Shown: positions 20,833-24,886 of the stretch, piece by piece | Position numbering within the stretch: position 1 is the first letter of the stretch | How the letters are laid out: each line of letters begins with the position of its first letter | DNA from: Chiloscyllium plagiosum | Lineage: Eukaryota | DNA: 24,886 bases | Direction of reading: 5' to 3' | NCBI RefSeq assembly: GCF_004010195.1 | Contig: NC_057753.1 | Coordinates: forward strand, 6,437,277 to 6,462,162 | Translations under genes and position numbers: made by a program | The notes under the pieces: model-generated | Databases searched by the model: none | The model's input: only the letters and a program-made list of their open reading frames with translations | Told to the model about the DNA's origin: nothing

Positions 20833-21293
20833 TATCCCTCTCTGCAGATGCTGCCTGTATGGCTGTGGTTTTCTACCACCAGAAGTTTTGACTCTTTCCC
20901 ATAATAGGTCGAAAAGAAATGGACAACAATGCTCCATGGGAGACCTCACTAACATTTTTACATATCAAAATGACGTCCCAATTCTTATTCTCAATGGTCT
21001 GAACAGTGAAGGCCAGCATACTAAATGCCTTCTTAACTATCCTATAAATGTGTGACATAAAGTTCAAAGAATTATGTACCTAATCTTCGAGGTCCGTCTT
21101 ATCTATAATACCATGTAAGGTCTTGCTTTAATTGAATATTTCCTGCCTTGGTGTTTTGCAAAATCAATATTTCGTATTCACTCCTGTTATACTTGGTCCA
21201 CCATTATTCCACTCCTTCATCCATTCAATAGAAATCACTTTGTCATCTTAGAAAACTGTTTGCTGTCTTCCATAACTTTATTGATATTTGTGC

Positions 21294-21356
21294 TATTCTG
21301 CGGCAGGATGAGTGTGTCGCTGGCTAGGCAGTATATATGGCCCATTCCTAATTGCT
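21294..21356 (-). mobile_element. Short 3'-tail fragment of the same family as 17678-17769
   Basis: GTCGCTGGCTAGGCAGTAT...GGCCCATTCCTAATTGC aligns by eye with 17703-17743. Confidence 0.6.
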
Positions 21357-22142
21357 GGAAACAGGTCTCTAGTCCGAAAAAAAACAACCATTCACCAACC
21401 CTCTCTGTCTCTTGCTCGCAAGCATATTTCATATCCAATTGCCAGGGTAACTCGGAATCCCATGTGATCAAACTTTACAATTAGACGAGAATGAGAAGCC
21501 TTGTCACAGTCTTTACTAAAGTCCTAGTAAACAACATGAACCAGAGTCACTTATCGATCTTTTTGGATGTTTCCTGAGAAAAGTCAATCACCAGTTTGAG
21601 AGACGATTTCCAGTGCACAAAGTTATGCTGATTCATCAACCCTTGACTCAGGCAGTACATACACATCCTAGATTTTAGCAGCACCTACAAGAACTTACCC
21701 TTGATTAAATATGGACTCAATATATCTGCAATTCCTCGGTTTCTCCTTGTATACCTTTATCAACAATGCCACTCTCAAGTAATCTCGCATCTCTCTCTTC
21801 GATATGCATGATGCACACGTGTCTGCAAGAGCCCTGTAAATTCCTCCCTAATTTTCCTCAATGTTCTGAGACATGCGAAATCAGGTCTCGGATATGTATC
21901 GATATTTATATTTTCAAAAACTTTCAACACTTCCAGGTCTGTGGTATGAACAATTTCAAAACACCAATATTTAGTTCTCTTCATCCTCTCGACTTTGTTC
22001 ATTTCACTACAGTAAAACAGCAGAGGACATAAAATATTCACTGAATATGACGTGTCTCGTAGGATTGAACACAAAGGCGACCTCTTCGACCTTTATTGGG
22101 TCCTTCTCTCTCTTTTGCCCTTTTGCTCAAAATCACTATTGT

Positions 22143-22883
22143 CACCTTCCCCTGCCACAACAGTATGTGCACAACCTGCCCCTGCATCGTCCCCTCACCT
22201 CCATCTAAGGCCCCAAAGAATCCTTGCACATCTGACAGAAATTTACCTCTACCTCCACAAATGTCAATTGCTGTATCCGTTGCACTTGATGTGTTCGTCT
22301 GTACATTGCGGAGAGTGGATGTCAACTTGGAAAATCGTTTCAGAGACCTTCGCTGGGACACCCGCACCAACCAATCCCATTGTCCTGTGGTTGAACACTT
22401 CAACTGTCCCACACACTCAACCAAGGACATGCAAGTCTTGGGCCTCTTCCATCGCCTAACCTTAACCATCCAAAGACTGAAGGAAGCATGCCTCTTCTTC
22501 TGCCTTTGGAAAGTGCAACCATATCGGATTAAAATGGACCTCATAAGTTTCCCCATTTCGTCTTCCTTCAGTTTATCTCAGTCCCAAGACTCCAACTCGA
22601 TAAAACCTGCTGGAACTATCAATCGCCATTCCCATCTATCCATTCCCCCCCTCATCTCTGACCTATATCCTTCTCCCTACTTTCATCTACCTATTGCCTT
22701 CTTAGCTACCTTCCCGCGAACCGCAACACCTTCCATTTATCTCTCAGACCTCCTCCCCCAAGCCTCATTCCGGATGACTGAAACTCGATCCTCCTGCTCC
22801 TCGGTTACTGCTTGACGAGGTTTGTTTTTCCAGTACCATACTTCCGACTCTGATCTCCAGCATCTGCAGTCCTCACATTCTCC
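22143..22883 (+). mobile_element. Penelope-like element 3' fragment: GIY-YIG endonuclease + terminal repeat
   Basis: Frameshifted TFPCH..CTTC, NVNCCIRCT*C..LYIAESG (GIY-YIG relic), RFRDLRWDTRTNQSHCPVVEHFN and MQVLGL..RLKEACLFF. A C/T-rich 3' region follows, with a collapsed hammerhead relic (CGGATGA-CT-GAAAC, 22771-22785) and the terminus ..CTGCAGTCCTCACATTCTCC. Confidence 0.92.
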
Positions 22884-23269
22884 GGATGCATTGCTTTGTT
22901 TCAGACATTCAGTGATTTATGAGCGATCGGGACTGATGTTTATTGCTGTTTCTCCCCAATACCATGGGCCCCATTATTTTTATTCAGCATTTTTCAATTA
23001 GGCGATGTTTGTCTGGAAAGTTATAGGAGAACTGCAGGCATGATTCATTCTTCCTCTTGACGGGAACCTCAGTATGTTTATTCATTCATTGTACTCAAAT
23101 GTTACCAGGCATGTATTTCAATTTAACATGAACATAATTATTCAGAACTGACCTTCCATTTTCAGACGTCCTATTGCATTTAAAAAGTGTACGTTAATCA
23201 TCTTTGAATGTTCTGGTAGCATACCAAAAAAATCTGCCTTTATTTAATTATCTAAGATGTCTTAACATA

Positions 23270-23640
23270 TATATTTCTCAACTTAACTGTGACTACTTGA
23301 ATGCCTAAAGTACAATCTCAACAAGGTGACGATTCCTTTCTTATTTCGAAATTCAACTCATATGTTTTCGCTCAACTTTTTTTTCAGAAATGTCGTCTCG
23401 AGTTACAACAGTAATGAAAATTTGAGATCCCACTCCTCTCCGCCCTCCCATTCCATCTTTCCAGTAGCATTTTGCACCTTGGAACATTGAGCTGCCACAC
23501 CTGTCCATTCCTCCAATTTCTGTAATGACTACGACGTCTCAACCCCATCTTTCCCAGCATTCGCTGCGTTCATCAGCCTAACATGCAAAACAACTTTCCT
23601 TAAAAAAGAGGCAGTTTAATTCTTCGTACTCTGATATTTC
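23270..23640 (-). mobile_element. Decayed CR1 APE endonuclease N-terminal fragment
   Basis: Reverse complement gives LNCLF..., ADE, DVVVITE, GQVWQLNVPRCKCYWKD..GGRRGVG. It may be the continuation of the 20150-22130 element. Confidence 0.7.
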
Positions 23641-24479
23641 ATCGTCAGTTGCTTCGAAGTAACTTGTTATTTTCATAATCAATGCTTTCTTTATTCATGT
23701 TCTATTTACACTGCTGCCTAATCTTGCTCTACCAGCTACCCCTCCCCACTAACACTTTACATTCTCACTTAATGGAACTAGCAAAGAGGGCGAGTGGTTT
23801 ACAAATTAGTAAAATCTGTGAATTATTGATCACCTTAGCGCAAACGTCACCTTGAATAAAATGGCCTTTTTCAAACCTCACGTTTTTTTATACTGCAAAA
23901 AGACACACCATGTTTACTTCTCAACATCAGAAAACTTTGAAAGTATTGTTCACACTCAGAAGACGTACACTGGTGACAAATACAAATGTTAATCCTTTGT
24001 CAGCCCTAACTAGTCTGAATAACAAAAACAAAAATCAAGTCTTTAGTTCGGGCAATTGTCGTTGTGAAGTCACCTGTTGCTGTCATCCTATTAGTAGTGA
24101 ACCTCCCCTAATTCTCAAATAAAGTGATCGTGTAAGCATCATCTACCATGACTTTTTTTCCAAACTTAGTTCTAAGAATCACAGCAATTTCTTTAATGAA
24201 GCATCATGTTAAAACAGTTGTTTTCCTACGTCGGTTCATAACTTTTTAAAAAACGAAAAACATAGACATTTCCATGTGCAAGGAATGCATCTGAAATTAC
24301 TTAATGGTGAGATTAAGGAAACGATGGTTCCAAGCGAGGGAAAAGAAGAAATAGGATCTCAGTGAAACATGAGGGAAGAATGCAACACAGGGTGCGAGGA
24401 AAACTTAGGGAAGAACAAGAGACTTAATGCTGGGAAATGAAAGGATGATTCAAGGAAGTCAGTGCAAAAACTTACTCGC

Positions 24480-24860
24480 GAGACAAATGAATACCAGCTA
24501 AGTAGTTTAAACTAGAGACGTTCGGAGAAGCAGTTCGTTCTGGACATGCTATTGATTGAATGACTGATAAATACATACATTGGGAAAAACATTACAATTG
24601 CTTAAAAAACTGGTGCATGTTATTACGTGTTGATTTCAAAACAAAAATATGCAGGAAACGTTTAAGTTATACTGGACTTCGTGAAATCAGACTTGGAGTA
24701 TTTCTAAAGCCATTACCCTGGCTAATTAAGGAAATATCCAACAGTGGTGAAATCAAATTAGAGACGATTTAATCATCTAATAACTAGAATATGTGGCAGT
24801 ACATTTTGGACATTACCAGGCTGGCACATGTCAAAGATTATAAGATGTGACTTAATATGT
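24480..24860 (+). mobile_element. Very old CR1 RT C-terminal fragment
   Basis: AGTTATACTGGACTTCGTGAAATCAGACTTGGAGTATT (~24665-24702) resembles the sequence encoding LY.TLVRP.LEY. Confidence 0.45.
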
Positions 24861-24886
24861 ATATATTAATGTAAACCCTTTGTCAG

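Larger units (their letters stand above)
20672..20895. mobile_element. Palindromic non-autonomous element made of two inverted Penelope terminal repeats
   Basis: The left arm is the reverse complement of the Penelope terminus at ~22765-22883. AGAGTCAAAACTT (20702-20714) and AAGTTTTGACTCT (20883-20895) are perfect reverse complements. The flanks form a 13-bp duplication (11/13 identical). Confidence 0.85.
20150..22130 (-). mobile_element. Degenerate CR1 LINE 3' part, interrupted at 20672-20895 and ~21294-21356
   Basis: ORF 20873-21067 (RIVKKAFSMLAF..QTIENKNWDVIL) and ORF 20767-20955 (LVRSPMEHC) are the CR1 RT C-terminus. A 3' end lies near 20150-20240, and decayed RT continues to ~22130. Confidence 0.8.

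Noticed and set aside
22038..22815. Overlapping 135-239 aa ORFs as host genes
   Set aside because: They are frameshifted Penelope endonuclease sequence, its antisense, and low-complexity 3' sequence.

Overview
Repeat-dominated vertebrate genomic DNA, most likely from a cartilaginous fish (shark). The taxon is inferred from the CR1, L2, Rex1-like and Penelope families recognised by eye. There is a 500-N scaffold gap at 17948-18447. No intact protein-coding gene can be supported, and most ORFs in the track are fragments of decayed retroelements or chance ORFs. Main contents: several degenerate CR1 LINEs (nested, plus a head-to-head pair that both retain ORF1 sequence), an L2 fragment, a Rex1/Babar-type fragment, a Penelope GIY-YIG 3' fragment, a 33-bp minisatellite and microsatellites. 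Best-supported interesting item: a ~224-bp palindromic Penelope-derived insertion (20672-20895) with two oppositely oriented minimal hammerhead-ribozyme-like cores and a 13-bp target-site duplication. More speculative items: relics of trypsin-family serine protease sequence, a possible solo LTR, and weak CpG depletion in old repeats. Repeat boundaries are approximate, and family calls come from recalled motifs, not database searches.
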